Counted from the stretch's first letter, positions 1 through 10,310 are shown. The stretch is 48,351 bases of DNA from Parcubacteria group bacterium (GCA_028286545.1 JAQBRJ010000014.1:1-48351), one strand, 5' to 3'. Numbers and translations: made by a program. Notes: generated by a model from the sequence alone, not told the origin.

Positions 1-76
1 GGGAGCAGTAGCATGGCGACCTCAGACTGATTTGGATGCTGGAATCAGGAAGATTTTGGAGCAGATTCCTCAATAA
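1..76 (+). CDS. 3' end of a probable NAD-dependent epimerase/dehydratase (partial)
   Basis: Frame from position 2 reads GAVAWRPQTDLDAGIRKILEQIPQ*, matching the W-x-P-x-x-x-L-x-x-G-I C-terminal pattern of extended SDRs; sugar-nucleotide gene context. Confidence 0.5.
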   Translation, partial: GAVAWRPQTDLDAGIRKILEQIPQ

Positions 77-104
77 GTAGGGCGTATAGTATACTGAAAA
101 CCAT

Positions 105-1337
105 ATGGAACAAAACGGACCGGTAGGGATGAGAGTGCCGTACGCACAGGCAGTATATGGCGAAGAGGAGATTCAGGCAGTGAATCAGGTCCTAAGCGAT
201 CCGTTCAAAATCTCTCCTGGCCTGAAGGTAAAAGAATTTGAGACGCAGATCGCAACTATCTTTGGAAAGAAGCACGGCGTGATGGTGAACTCTGGTTCCG
301 CAGCAAACCTTTTGGCTGTTGAGATAATGCGGCTTGGGGCAGGGGACGAAGTCATTACTCCTGTTCTTACCTTCGGTACGACCGTTGCACCAATTCTCCA
401 AAAGGGAGCCACACCTATCTTCGTTGACGTTGTGCCGGGTACGTATCAAATTGATCCGGAGAAAATTGAGGCTGCCATAACGCCAAACACAAAGGCGATC
501 ATGATTCCTTCGTTGCTCGGAAACATTCCTGATATGGAACGTCTTCAGGAGATTGCAAAGAAGCACAAGCTCTTTTTTGTCGAAGATTCATGCGACACAC
601 TCGGAGCAACTTTTAAAGGTAAGCCAACGGGAGACTACTCAGATATTTCGACTACCAGCTTCTACGCGTCTCACATCATTACTGCAGCCGCCTCCGGCGG
701 CTTGATCGCGCTCCATGACGACGCACTCGCAGACCGCACTCGCGTACTCGCTTCATGGGGTCGCTCTTCAACGCTCTTTGGTTCGCATGAACAGTCGGAA
801 GATATTGCGAAGCGCTTCTCAGGAACTGTCGGTGACATTCCGTACGACGCTAAATTTGTCTTCTCAGAGGTTGGCTACAACATGCAGTCAACAGAACTAA
901 ATGCAGCCTTTGGTCTAGAACAGCTTAAGAAACTTGAGACATTTGCTGCACGCCGAAAGGAACACCACGCGCGACTTCTCGCATTCTTCGCAACCTACGA
1001 AGAGTACTTCACGCTACCGGTTCAGCACCCTGACGTTGAAACAAACTGGTTGGCATTCCCGCTTACCATCAAGCCTGGAGCACCGTTCACACGCCTTGAG
1101 ATCACTAAGTACCTCGAAGAAAACAACATTCAAACGCGCCCAATATTCACCGGAAATATATTGCGTCAGCCTGCGTATAGCTATCTGGTGGAAGTACAAA
1201 AGACAAAAGATTTCCCGGTTGCCGATGACATCATGGCGAATGGCTTTGTTGTGGGATGCCATCACGGACTTGTACCCGAGCAGCTCGACTATCTAGAGGA
1301 GCGAATCACGAGCTTCATAGCATCTAAGAAAGGGTAA
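105..1337 (+). CDS. DegT/DnrJ-fold PLP enzyme of the 3-dehydrase type (RfbH/DdhC E1 or ColD-like)
   Basis: VNSGSAANLLA, EDSCDTLG, SFYASHIIT (His at the usual PLP Lys position), GYNMQSTELNAAFG, IQTRPIFTGNILRQP. Confidence 0.85.
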   Translation: MEQNGPVGMRVPYAQAVYGEEEIQAVNQVLSDPFKISPGLKVKEFETQIATIFGKKHGVMVNSGSAANLLAVEIMRLGAGDEVITPVLTFGTTVAPILQKGATPIFVDVVPGTYQIDPEKIEAAITPNTKAIMIPSLLGNIPDMERLQEIAKKHKLFFVEDSCDTLGATFKGKPTGDYSDISTTSFYASHIITAAASGGLIALHDDALADRTRVLASWGRSSTLFGSHEQSEDIAKRFSGTVGDIPYDAKFVFSEVGYNMQSTELNAAFGLEQLKKLETFAARRKEHHARLLAFFATYEEYFTLPVQHPDVETNWLAFPLTIKPGAPFTRLEITKYLEENNIQTRPIFTGNILRQPAYSYLVEVQKTKDFPVADDIMANGFVVGCHHGLVPEQLDYLEERITSFIASKKG

Positions 1338-1342
1338 TACTC

Positions 1343-2380
1343 ATGAGCCACTATTCGCGTGTACTGGTAACGGGTGGGTGTGGATTCATCGGATCTCACT
1401 TCATCAAAAAAATACTCGAGCGAGAGCACGTGTCGGTCTTGAATATTGATGTCCTAACCTATGCCGGCAATACCGGGAATCTCAGCACGCATACGGATGC
1501 GTGGGGCGATCGATATACTCATGTGGTTGAGAACATTTGTAATGTCTCTGAAATAGAGAATCTTGTAGCCACCTTTGATCCGGAGGTAGTTATTCACTTC
1601 GCTGCAGAAAGTCATGTAGATCGTTCTTATTTCGATGCGTACGATTTCATAAAGACAAACATAGAAGGAACTCGGGTGATTCTTGAGGCGGTACGCAAAC
1701 ATAATCCTCGCACTCGTTTCATTCATATATCAACGGATGAAATTTATGGTGATGTGGAAGAGGGTGAGCATTCAGTGGAAGTACATCCTATGAAGCCGTC
1801 AAATCTATATGCAGCCTCAAAGGCCGGCGCTGATCAACTTGTACAAGCGTTTACGCGAACCCATACATTTCCTGCGATAATCGTTCGCGGTTCAAATAAC
1901 TACGGAACCCATCAATATCCGGAGAAGTTAATTCCGATGACCATAACGAGCCTTCTCGGTGACAGAAAGATTTCGGTCCATGGTAATGGAGGACATCAGC
2001 GTTCATGGCTCCACGTACAAGATTTCTGTGCCGCAATTCTTTTGATTATGGATACCGCAGAAGGTGGAACCATATGGAATGTTTCGGGCGATAGTCGAAC
2101 AAACCTCCAGGTTATTCAAGCTATTGCAGACGTACTTGAGCTGCCCCTTACCGATCGCATCGTACATGTTCCTGATAGGCCGGGAGCTGATCTTCGCTAT
2201 GCGCCTTCTTCGGATAAGTTACAAAAGAATCTTGGATGGTCACGCTCATTCTCTTTCGACGACAGTATTCCCGCTATCGTTGCGTGGTATATCGAAAACA
2301 AAGACTGGTGGACGGACGTGCAATCGAAAGAAGAATTCATTTCGCACTTCAAGAAACAAGCGGCAGGAGAGTGGCTTTAA
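1343..2380 (+). CDS. rfbB: dTDP-glucose 4,6-dehydratase
   Basis: VTGGCGFIGS, LTYAGN, HFAAESHVDRS, ISTDEIYG, YAASKAG, NNYGTHQYPEKLIP, DRPG. Confidence 0.9.
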   Translation: MSHYSRVLVTGGCGFIGSHFIKKILEREHVSVLNIDVLTYAGNTGNLSTHTDAWGDRYTHVVENICNVSEIENLVATFDPEVVIHFAAESHVDRSYFDAYDFIKTNIEGTRVILEAVRKHNPRTRFIHISTDEIYGDVEEGEHSVEVHPMKPSNLYAASKAGADQLVQAFTRTHTFPAIIVRGSNNYGTHQYPEKLIPMTITSLLGDRKISVHGNGGHQRSWLHVQDFCAAILLIMDTAEGGTIWNVSGDSRTNLQVIQAIADVLELPLTDRIVHVPDRPGADLRYAPSSDKLQKNLGWSRSFSFDDSIPAIVAWYIENKDWWTDVQSKEEFISHFKKQAAGEWL

Positions 2381-3927
2381 TCAGCCTGCGGTCGCGATGG
2401 TATTATTCGTCGAATAATAACTGAGCCAAAGGAGCGAAGCATCTCTACGTCTTCGCGCATGAAGAAACCAAATACCCAGTAGAGCCCTACATACAAAAGA
2501 ACGGAGCCCGGTAAGATGATCATGACGCGGTACAGACTGGTCGCTAACGGCATAAGGAGAATGTGAGCAATTGAGAAGAGCACGAGAGAAGTGATAGCAA
2601 GTTTTCCATACAAGAGTGCGTAGCGGGCCCGGACGCCTCGAAGCGTGAGATACTTTTTCTCAATATAATAAGAGAGATAGAAAACAGGGAGAAGGGAGAT
2701 CACATAGGCCCATGCAGCTCCCGTAATGCCGTATATAGGAAGAAGCAGTGCGAGCAAGAGAATATTTATGATTGCCATGACTGCTGAAATAGTCGTTATG
2801 GCTTTGAGTTTTCCAAGACCATAGAGGAAATTCGTTGCATGAGATTGCAGAGAGAGAAGAAAGGCCGTTCCAGCAAAGATCATTAAGATCATGCTCGATT
2901 CATGAGCAAATGTTTCATCAAGCCAGTAGCGCAAGAATGGATAGGCAAAGATACATATCGGCACCGAGAACGCTGCGGCAGCAATGGTTACCAAGCGTAA
3001 CGATCTCAAATACAGAGTTTCAAGTTGTTCACGGGTGCCGATGTTTTGTATGTGGGTAGCGACAGGGAATATCACCGCCGTAACACTTCCCACCAATCCC
3101 GGAACCTTAGACGAAATGGTACCGGGAAGACTGTAGTACGTGAGTTTTGAAGGTCCCAGCATAAGCGGGATAAGGAATCGATCGAAGTGCACGAGCGAAC
3201 TCGTGCTCAAATTATTAATAACAATACTGAGTCCAAATGCGTACAACTTCTTAACTTGCCCGAGTTTGAATCTAAAGAATAGCCGGGCTTCAGGAAGAAT
3301 ACGGCGTGCCGCAGAACGCTGTACAAACGAAAAGATGACGCTGTAGGCAAGGGTAGAGAGTAAGATCGCATAGAGTGAAAAACCACCAAGAACGAGTGCG
3401 ACTATCGTGAGCTGTTGAAAGGTCATCTTCGCAATGCCTATTTTTGTACTTACATCAAAACGTTGGAGGGCAAACGGCACCAAGCCGTAGAGTGAATTCA
3501 AACTTTCTACAAAAAATATACCGCCAGCAATTACGAAGAGAAGAGGGTATGAAAAGGTCGTATCAGCGGTGCAATTGAAATACTGGCAGCCCACCAATCC
3601 CATGGTCGCCATAATGGCGAGTCCCACCGTACCCATGCCCAAGAACAACGTATTTACTGAACCAAGCATGTCCTTCAAATCATCTCGCACGGCAGTTACG
3701 GAATACTCAGCAATATATTTTTGCGTGGCTGTAGAGATGCCCAAGTCTAAAAGCCCTAAGAGACTCGCGATCGTGTTTATAAATATATATACGCCGTAAT
3801 CGCGCGTGCCAAGATGGAACACAATAATAGGCGTTACAAAAAACGCAAAGATAACAGGCAGTCCATATCCCAGAACGTTATAACTTAAATTCTTTAGTGT
3901 TCTGAAGGTGAGAGAATCAGGGTGCAT
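2377..3927 (-). CDS. Wzx-type polysaccharide flippase (MOP superfamily)
   Basis: Many TM helices; N-terminal PIIVFHLGTRDYGVY...LLDLGI and C-terminal YGITGAAWA motifs. Start moved to the ATG at 3927 (MHPDS) to avoid overlap with fcl. Confidence 0.8.
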   Translation of the reverse strand: MHPDSLTFRTLKNLSYNVLGYGLPVIFAFFVTPIIVFHLGTRDYGVYIFINTIASLLGLLDLGISTATQKYIAEYSVTAVRDDLKDMLGSVNTLFLGMGTVGLAIMATMGLVGCQYFNCTADTTFSYPLLFVIAGGIFFVESLNSLYGLVPFALQRFDVSTKIGIAKMTFQQLTIVALVLGGFSLYAILLSTLAYSVIFSFVQRSAARRILPEARLFFRFKLGQVKKLYAFGLSIVINNLSTSSLVHFDRFLIPLMLGPSKLTYYSLPGTISSKVPGLVGSVTAVIFPVATHIQNIGTREQLETLYLRSLRLVTIAAAAFSVPICIFAYPFLRYWLDETFAHESSMILMIFAGTAFLLSLQSHATNFLYGLGKLKAITTISAVMAIINILLLALLLPIYGITGAAWAYVISLLPVFYLSYYIEKKYLTLRGVRARYALLYGKLAITSLVLFSIAHILLMPLATSLYRVMIILPGSVLLYVGLYWVFGFFMREDVEMLRSFGSVIIRRIIPSRPQAD

Positions 3928-3949
3928 TGTAGTCGTTGAGGCAGCTGCC

Positions 3950-4879
3950 CTAGGTAAGAGAACTCTTGTACCATTCGTATGTCTTTGCGAGCCCGTCAGA
4001 AAGTTCAATGGAATGCTTCCAGCCTAGTCCGTGAAGTTTTGATACATCAAGCAACTTGCGCGGTGTGCCGTCAGGCTTGGTTGTGTCCCAGTCAATTTCG
4101 CCTTCGAAGCCTACTGTCCCACGCACAAGTTCTGCGAGTTCTTTTATCGACACATCTTCACCGGTGCCGATGTTTACGATTTCGCTTCCATCATACGTAT
4201 TCATGAGGAATATAACGGCGGACGCCAAGTCATCGACGTGTAAGAATTCCCGCTTTGCTGAACCCGTACCCCATACCGATACGCTCGGCGCACCGGATAC
4301 CTTTGCAGTGTGGAACTTTGCCATGAGAGCAGGGAGGACGTGCGAGGATTGCAAATCGAAGTTATCACCGGGACCGTAGAGGTTCGTAGGCATTACAGAA
4401 ACGTAGTTTGTTCCGTATTGCTCGTTATATGACTGGCACTGAACAATGCCAGCAATCTTTGCGATAGCATATGCGCGGTTGGTAGGCTCAAGTGGGCCCG
4501 ACAAAAGATATTCTTCCTTTATAGGTTGTGGCGCCATACGCGGATAAATGCAGGAGCTGCCGAGGAATACCATCTTTGTTACACCGTTAGCGTGCGCGGC
4601 AGTAATGATTGAATCCTGCACGGCAAGATTCTCGTGAATAAAATCTGCAGGGTGTGAAGCATTCGCTGCAATACCGCCAACGCGTGCAGCGGCCATAAAT
4701 ACGTATGCGGGCTTTTCTGATTGGAAAAATGCCAGCGTCGCCGAAGCGTCCATGAGATCAAGTTCGGCATGCGTACGCAACACGAGGTTTGTGTACCCTG
4801 CAGCTTCAAGATTTCGCACGATGCTCGATCCTACGAGCCCGCGGTGTCCTGCGACAAATATCTTCGCGTCTTTTTCCAT
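3950..4879 (-). CDS. fcl: GDP-L-fucose synthase family epimerase/reductase (Fcl/WcaG; could be ColC-like)
   Basis: [63 protein letters not shown]. Start could be 4879 or 4897. Confidence 0.9.
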   Translation of the reverse strand: MEKDAKIFVAGHRGLVGSSIVRNLEAAGYTNLVLRTHAELDLMDASATLAFFQSEKPAYVFMAAARVGGIAANASHPADFIHENLAVQDSIITAAHANGVTKMVFLGSSCIYPRMAPQPIKEEYLLSGPLEPTNRAYAIAKIAGIVQCQSYNEQYGTNYVSVMPTNLYGPGDNFDLQSSHVLPALMAKFHTAKVSGAPSVSVWGTGSAKREFLHVDDLASAVIFLMNTYDGSEIVNIGTGEDVSIKELAELVRGTVGFEGEIDWDTTKPDGTPRKLLDVSKLHGLGWKHSIELSDGLAKTYEWYKSSLT

Positions 4880-4886
4880 ATGGTGG

Positions 4887-5936
4887 TTATGATGCATTCT
4901 CTGCTGCCAATGCGAGATCAGCTTCAGCCATTATGCGCACAAGTTCTTTGAAGGCAGTCTTTGGTACCCAGCCCAGCTTCTCTTTAGCTTTTGTAGGGTC
5001 ACCAATGAGGAGCTCAACTTCTGCTGGGCGGTAGTAGCGTGGATCTATCTCAACAATGACAGCTCCCGTGTCGGTACGAACGCCTTTCTCTGCCTCGTCT
5101 TTTCCTTGCCATGCGAAGGGAATCCCAAGAACGCTTGCCGTTTCCTCAACGAACTCACGCACCGAATGCGTTTCACCCGTTGCAAGTACAAAGTCGTCAG
5201 GCTCAGTGTGCTGCAACATCATCCACATGCCTTCGACATAATCTTTTGCGTAGCCCCAGTCGCGACGCGCATCGAGATTTCCGAGATACAAAATCTCCGA
5301 AGAGCCCTGTGCAATAGCTGCAAGTGCGCGCGTGATTTTGCGTGTCACGAATGTTTCACCACGTCGCGGTGACTCATGATTAAAAAGAATGCCGCTTGCA
5401 GCGAACATGCCGTAGCTCTCGCGATAGTTTTTTGTGAGCCAGTGAGCGTACAACTTCGCAGCTCCGTACGGTGAACGAGGGTAGAAGGGAGTATTTTCAG
5501 TCTGAGGAACCTGCTGCACCAAACCAAACATTTCTGACGACGATGCTTGGTAGAACTTCGCATTGCACTCAGACAAGCGTAGGGCTTCAAGCAAACGAAC
5601 AGCGCCCATACCGGCAGACTCACTGGTGTACTCAGGCATTTCAAATGACACACGCACGTGGCTCTGTGCACCGAGGTTGTACACTTCGTGCGGCATAACG
5701 GCGTCTACAATAGAGCGGAGGCTGCTGCCATCGAGCAAATCGCCGTAATGGAGAATAAGGGAAGGGTGGAGGCTCTGGGGCTTTTGATAGATAGAATCTA
5801 TGCGTTTGGTGTTAAAAGAGCTCGAGCGACGGACTATGCCGTGTACCTCATACCCCTTTTCAAGTAGCAATTCTGCGAGATATGACCCGTCCTGGCCGGT
5901 TATACCAGTAATAAGAGCCCGTTTCTGTTCTTTCAT
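4887..5936 (-). CDS. gmd: GDP-mannose 4,6-dehydratase
   Basis: [71 protein letters not shown]. Confidence 0.95.
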   Translation of the reverse strand: MKEQKRALITGITGQDGSYLAELLLEKGYEVHGIVRRSSSFNTKRIDSIYQKPQSLHPSLILHYGDLLDGSSLRSIVDAVMPHEVYNLGAQSHVRVSFEMPEYTSESAGMGAVRLLEALRLSECNAKFYQASSSEMFGLVQQVPQTENTPFYPRSPYGAAKLYAHWLTKNYRESYGMFAASGILFNHESPRRGETFVTRKITRALAAIAQGSSEILYLGNLDARRDWGYAKDYVEGMWMMLQHTEPDDFVLATGETHSVREFVEETASVLGIPFAWQGKDEAEKGVRTDTGAVIVEIDPRYYRPAEVELLIGDPTKAKEKLGWVPKTAFKELVRIMAEADLALAAENAS

Positions 5937-5942
5937 ATATAG

Positions 5943-5954
5943 GTAGTATACTAC
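5943..5954. promoter_or_regulatory. Palindromic bidirectional -10 element GTAGTATACTAC
   Basis: TATACT reads on both strands, each exactly 8 nt from the ATG of the divergent genes (5936 minus, 5961 plus); the intergenic gap is only 24 bp. Confidence 0.7.
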
Positions 5955-5960
5955 TCGCAT

Positions 5961-8111
5961 ATGAAAAAAGTTGCTTATTGGGTAGCGGTTGTCGCACTCT
6001 TTGTTATTCCGTTCCTATCACTCTACGTCTCAGACGGGTATTTCCCCTTTATAACCGGGAAAAACTTCGCATTCAGGGCGTTAGTTGAAATAGCGTTTGG
6101 CGGATGGATAGTTCTTGCACTTGTTGACCGCCGCTATCGCCCACGCTTCTCGTGGCCGATTCTCTCTTATAAACTCCTTGTGCTTTGGATGATCGTTGCG
6201 GACCTCCTCGCCGTAAACTCTCAGAAAGCGTTCTGGAGCAACTTTGAACGCATGGACGGTTGGGTTACGCTCATTCATCTTCTCGTATTCTTCGTTGTGC
6301 TTTCGTCAATACTTACGGTAAACAACTTGTGGCGCAAATGGTGGCTTGCTTTGATTACCGGTGCAGGTCTTGTAACAGGCTATGGTTTGTTACAGCTTAT
6401 GCACTTCGCACCTATTCATCAGAGTGCAGACCGCATCGACGCAACGCTCGGCAATGCTGAGTACCTCGCTGGCTACCTTCTCTTTGCTATTGCTATTACT
6501 CTCTGGCAAGCATTTGAAACACGTGATCGCGAATATGCGTGGCTCAAGTACGGACTCTTTGTACTTACGGCACTTGAGTTCATCGTGCTCTTTGCAACAG
6601 GTACGCGCGCAACACTCTTCGCAATCATCGGCGCTGGCATGGTTGGCAGCGTGTTGTGGATGCTTGAGTCAGGTAAGCAGGGAAGGAAAGGAGCGCTTGC
6701 GGTGCTTGTGGCACTCGTGCTCGTTATTGGCGGACTCTTTGCACTTCGCAATACGTCATTCATTCAGAACAGCCCAAATCTAAATCGTCTTGCCTCAACC
6801 TTCTCGCTTAAGAGCGCGCTGGGTACTCGTATTACGATTTGGCACATGGCTGTCGAGGGTATCAAGGCAGAGCCAGTCCATGGCTGGGGTCAGGAAGGCT
6901 ATAACTATGTCTTCAACACTTACTACGAACCGTCGTTGTACGGACAAGAGCCGTGGTTTGATCGTGCCCACGATGTGTTCCTCGATTGGCTTGTTGCCGG
7001 CGGTATCCCTGCGCTACTTCTACTCTTGAGCGTTCTCGGCACATCGCTGTATGCGCTCTATCGCGCACCGATATCGCGTCCTGGTCGCATTATGCTCATG
7101 TCTGCGCTTATCGCGTATATCATTCAAGGCCTCGCAGTATTCGACAACCTGTTCACGTATATTCCGCTTATTGCCATTCTCGCGTATGCGCATTCCGTGA
7201 GCTCGCGTCCGTTGCGCATGTTCGAGACTCTTCCGCAGGTTGGAGAAACAGCACTCAACACGGTGGTGGCACCTGTTGCACTCGTTGCGACGCTCGTAAT
7301 CGTATGGTTCGTCAACGTACCAAGTGTACGGGCAAGCTACGACCTTATTGGTGCTCTCACGCCAAGCAATGATGTCCAGACCCGCTTCAATTACTTCAAG
7401 CAGGCATACGCTGATGGCTCCTTTGCTAATCAGGAGATAGCAGAGCAGCTCGTACAGTTTGCACCGCAGGTTGTAAGCTCAAGTCAGGTTCCGGATGCGC
7501 TTCGTTCTGAAATCGCACAATATAGTGTCAATCAGATCGGTGCTGTCGTTGCAGCAGCTCCACGCGACACGCGTTTGTACTTACAATACGCGCTCTTGCT
7601 TCGCGGTATCGGTAGCATTGACGCCGCACAAACAGAAAGTGCGAAAGCACGTGAACTCTCGCCTAATAAGCAGACGGTTATTATTGAACAGGGAATCGAA
7701 GCGTTCCAGCTTGGGAAGTACGCGGCTGCGCGAGAATACTTCACAGAGGCAGCGAAACTGTATCCCGGTAATAAGGACGCTGAAACCTATGTCGCGGGGT
7801 CACTCATTATGGAGGGCAACGTTACCGCTGCTAAAGCACAGCTTATGCAAACATATGGCACGACGAGCGTTAATCATCCAATTCTCCTCCTCGCGTATTA
7901 CCAGATCAAGGACTGGAAAGATTTGGAAGAGATCGTGAAGCAACGGTTGCTCGAACAGAAAGATGCAACGACCGGCTACCAGCTTGCTGCTGTATATGCG
8001 CAGTCAGGTGACATGAAGGCCGCCATCGCACAGGTACGCGCAACGATGCTTGCGCATCCAGAGACCGCGGCACAGGGTCAGTCATTGCTTGGACAGTTGG
8101 GTGCGAGTTAA
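5961..8111 (+). CDS. O-antigen ligase (Wzy_C) family membrane protein with C-terminal TPR-like region
   Basis: Multi-TM; [22 protein letters not shown]-x-x-[28 protein letters not shown]; helical repeats at the C-terminus. Confidence 0.8.
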   Translation: MKKVAYWVAVVALFVIPFLSLYVSDGYFPFITGKNFAFRALVEIAFGGWIVLALVDRRYRPRFSWPILSYKLLVLWMIVADLLAVNSQKAFWSNFERMDGWVTLIHLLVFFVVLSSILTVNNLWRKWWLALITGAGLVTGYGLLQLMHFAPIHQSADRIDATLGNAEYLAGYLLFAIAITLWQAFETRDREYAWLKYGLFVLTALEFIVLFATGTRATLFAIIGAGMVGSVLWMLESGKQGRKGALAVLVALVLVIGGLFALRNTSFIQNSPNLNRLASTFSLKSALGTRITIWHMAVEGIKAEPVHGWGQEGYNYVFNTYYEPSLYGQEPWFDRAHDVFLDWLVAGGIPALLLLLSVLGTSLYALYRAPISRPGRIMLMSALIAYIIQGLAVFDNLFTYIPLIAILAYAHSVSSRPLRMFETLPQVGETALNTVVAPVALVATLVIVWFVNVPSVRASYDLIGALTPSNDVQTRFNYFKQAYADGSFANQEIAEQLVQFAPQVVSSSQVPDALRSEIAQYSVNQIGAVVAAAPRDTRLYLQYALLLRGIGSIDAAQTESAKARELSPNKQTVIIEQGIEAFQLGKYAAAREYFTEAAKLYPGNKDAETYVAGSLIMEGNVTAAKAQLMQTYGTTSVNHPILLLAYYQIKDWKDLEEIVKQRLLEQKDATTGYQLAAVYAQSGDMKAAIAQVRATMLAHPETAAQGQSLLGQLGAS

Positions 8112-8140
8112 CCCTAGAGTGACGAGGAGTACCTCCCGGT

Positions 8141-8599
8141 ATGCGTAGCATTAATCGAGATATTGTCTCAGCATTAATTTTCTCGAAAGACGGGAAGTTA
8201 TTTCAAGGAATGAAGAACCCTACTGATGGTGGAGTGTATTCCGATTGTTGGCATATTCCTGGAGGAGGTATTGATGAAGGAGAAGAAAAAATTACAGCGC
8301 TTGTGCGAGAAGTAAAAGAAGAAGTCGGTATTGATATTTCTTCGTGTCTAATTGAGTTGATCGATGACCAAGGGAAAGGAGAGGCAGAGAAAACTCTAAA
8401 AGACACTGGCGAGCGAGTTCTATGTCACATGACATTTAATGTCTATAAAGTGACCTTAGATATAGATGCTGATGACGTAGTGGTCTCGCTTGATGACGAC
8501 TTGGTTACGTATCAATGGACGAAGCTGGAAGATTTGAAAACACTTAAGCTAACTCCGCCTTCAATAATGCTCTTTAAGCGTTTGGGGTATCTGAATTAA
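8141..8599 (+). CDS. NUDIX hydrolase
   Basis: Nudix box PGGGIDEGEEKITALVREVKEEVG; visibly more AT-rich than its neighbours. Confidence 0.9.
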   Translation: MRSINRDIVSALIFSKDGKLFQGMKNPTDGGVYSDCWHIPGGGIDEGEEKITALVREVKEEVGIDISSCLIELIDDQGKGEAEKTLKDTGERVLCHMTFNVYKVTLDIDADDVVVSLDDDLVTYQWTKLEDLKTLKLTPPSIMLFKRLGYLN

Positions 8600-8602
8600 G
8601 CT

Positions 8603-9625
8603 ATGAAGATTGAAGAAAATGTAGTTCTTGCTGAGCACACAACCTTTAAGATTGGAGGGCCTGCAAAGCTCTTTATTACGTGTGAATCGGTGGAAGATGT
8701 GGAGAATGCAGTCGCGCTCGCTCGCGAGCGCGACCTTGCAGTCTATCCGCTAGGTGAGGGAAGTAATGTGCTTGCAAGCGATGAAGCAATTGAGAAAGCA
8801 GTATTGCGCATTAGTATCCCAGGCATTACGTATGAAAAAGCTGGAGCACAGACGCGTGTCACCGTTGGTGCTGGGGTTACGTGGGATACGCTCGTGGATG
8901 ATGTTACCGATAAGGGTTTGTGGGGACTGGAGAATCTTGCAGGAATTCCGGGAACGATTGGGGGAGCGGTTGTGCAAAATATCGGCGCCTACGGCGCCGT
9001 CTTTGAGGATTCGGTCATTTCTATAGAGGTATACGATCTTGCGACTAATAGCCTGCGAAATCTTTCACGCGAAGAGTGTTTGTTTGGATACCGTACAAGT
9101 CTATTCAAACAACGCGCTGGGAGCCTTATTGTTACTCATGCGACACTCGAACTTTCTGACACACCAAAACCAAGACTTGGATATCGCGATATCGAAGACT
9201 ACTTTGCTGATACTCCTGCGCCAACGCTTGTTGAGATACGGAATGCGGTGCGTTCAATACGAGCAAAGAAATTCCCCGATCTTACTACCTACGGTACGGC
9301 AGGATCGTTTTTCTTGAATCCTGTATTGCCTGAAGAAGAGGCTGTACGCATTGCTGCAAAGTATCCGGGCATGCCACTCTTTCCAATGCCCGAGGGCGGG
9401 GTAAAGGTTCCTATTGCGTGGTTCCTTGATTATCGACACAACGTACTCGACATGCGAGAGGTGCGCGTGGGCAAGGCATTGGTCTGGCCAATCCAACCGC
9501 TTGTGCTCGCTAGCGAGCCGGGAGCAACCGCAGCAGACGTACAGGCACTCGCCACGCTCGTGATTGAACGCATGAAAGAAGCGACGGGCATATCTATTAG
9601 TAGGGAGGTGCAATGGTTGGCGTAA
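8603..9625 (+). CDS. murB: UDP-N-acetylenolpyruvoylglucosamine reductase
   Basis: HTTFKIGGPA, LGEGSNVL, GLENLAGIPGTIGGAVVQNIGAYG, FGYRTSLFK, AGSFFLNP, terminal REV. Confidence 0.92.
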   Translation: MKIEENVVLAEHTTFKIGGPAKLFITCESVEDVENAVALARERDLAVYPLGEGSNVLASDEAIEKAVLRISIPGITYEKAGAQTRVTVGAGVTWDTLVDDVTDKGLWGLENLAGIPGTIGGAVVQNIGAYGAVFEDSVISIEVYDLATNSLRNLSREECLFGYRTSLFKQRAGSLIVTHATLELSDTPKPRLGYRDIEDYFADTPAPTLVEIRNAVRSIRAKKFPDLTTYGTAGSFFLNPVLPEEEAVRIAAKYPGMPLFPMPEGGVKVPIAWFLDYRHNVLDMREVRVGKALVWPIQPLVLASEPGATAADVQALATLVIERMKEATGISISREVQWLA

Positions 9626-9629
9626 TATC

Positions 9630-9658
9630 TTGACGGGGAATAGCACATTCGATATTCT
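9630..9658 (+). promoter_or_regulatory. Sigma70-like promoter TTGACG-N17-TATTCT with no downstream ORF
   Basis: -35 at 9630-9635, -10 at 9653-9658, 17-nt spacer. Confidence 0.55.
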
Positions 9659-9663
9659 AGTAG

Positions 9664-9735
9664 TAAGCCTTGAGCTTCGAGGCCTTTCGAGATTTTCTCG
9701 CGACCGCCGCCCGAAAGGGCGGCGGAAAATTTTTA
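9664..9735 (+). ncRNA. Candidate ~70-nt structured small RNA convergent with the PemK-like toxin
   Basis: Three consecutive hairpins (9667-9683, 9688-9700, 9704-9725). The G-U pair in hairpin 1 and the GAAA tetraloop in hairpin 3 favour the plus strand; directly downstream of the promoter above. Confidence 0.4.
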
Positions 9736-9738
9736 TAC

Positions 9739-10128
9739 TTACGTGCCGTAAAGAGATTTAAAACCCTGTTTAATACGGGCAAAGTCGGTGTCGTCTAGTC
9801 TACCCATTTTCCTGTGTAGCCTCCTGTAATCAATGGAGCGTGCTTGATGCAGACATGCTGCAGCCTTTTGGCCTTGATGGACATAGTGCACGTACCAATT
9901 TCCATCATGTAGCTTGGTTGTTGCCGGAATCACAAAATAGAAGTTGTGTGAGAGTTTTATATAAATAATTGTTGGGCGACTAAAGATTTTACTTTTACCG
10001 TTTAATTCATGACCAACATTTTCTCCTAAATTTATCCACCACACATCACCTTCAGAGACATGCGGCGCTCTATGCAGCTTTGCATCTAACGCGCTTTTAA
10101 TTCGAATCCATTCTAAAAATCTTTTCAT
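9739..10128 (-). CDS. PemK/MazF-family toxin (endoribonuclease-like), no adjacent protein antitoxin
   Basis: EGDVWWINLGENVGHELNGK, RP-x-I-I, VIPATTK, QARSIDYRRL; AT-rich. Confidence 0.8.
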   Translation of the reverse strand: MKRFLEWIRIKSALDAKLHRAPHVSEGDVWWINLGENVGHELNGKSKIFSRPTIIYIKLSHNFYFVIPATTKLHDGNWYVHYVHQGQKAAACLHQARSIDYRRLHRKMGRLDDTDFARIKQGFKSLYGT

Positions 10129-10193
10129 GTGCACACGATACACAGGTAGTAATAAAATTTACGCATAAATTTTCTAAAATATTTCTGTAAAAG

Positions 10194-10202
10194 TTATCCA
10201 CA
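10194..10202 (+). promoter_or_regulatory. Perfect DnaA box TTATCCACA
   Basis: Exact consensus match in an AT-rich divergent intergenic region; single perfect copy. Confidence 0.4.
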
Positions 10203-10262
10203 CAATTTATTTTTTGCGTACTAAAATATTTTTTGCGCGTAATAATAGATACAGAACACATT

Positions 10263-10310
10263 CGCGCACAAAATATTTTTTAACAGGCTTTGAAAAATAT
10301 TTTGTGCGCG
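10263..10310. repeat. 18-bp perfect inverted repeat with 12-nt spacer
   Basis: CGCGCACAAAATATTTTT (10263-10280) / AAAAATATTTTGTGCGCG (10293-10310). Confidence 0.85.
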
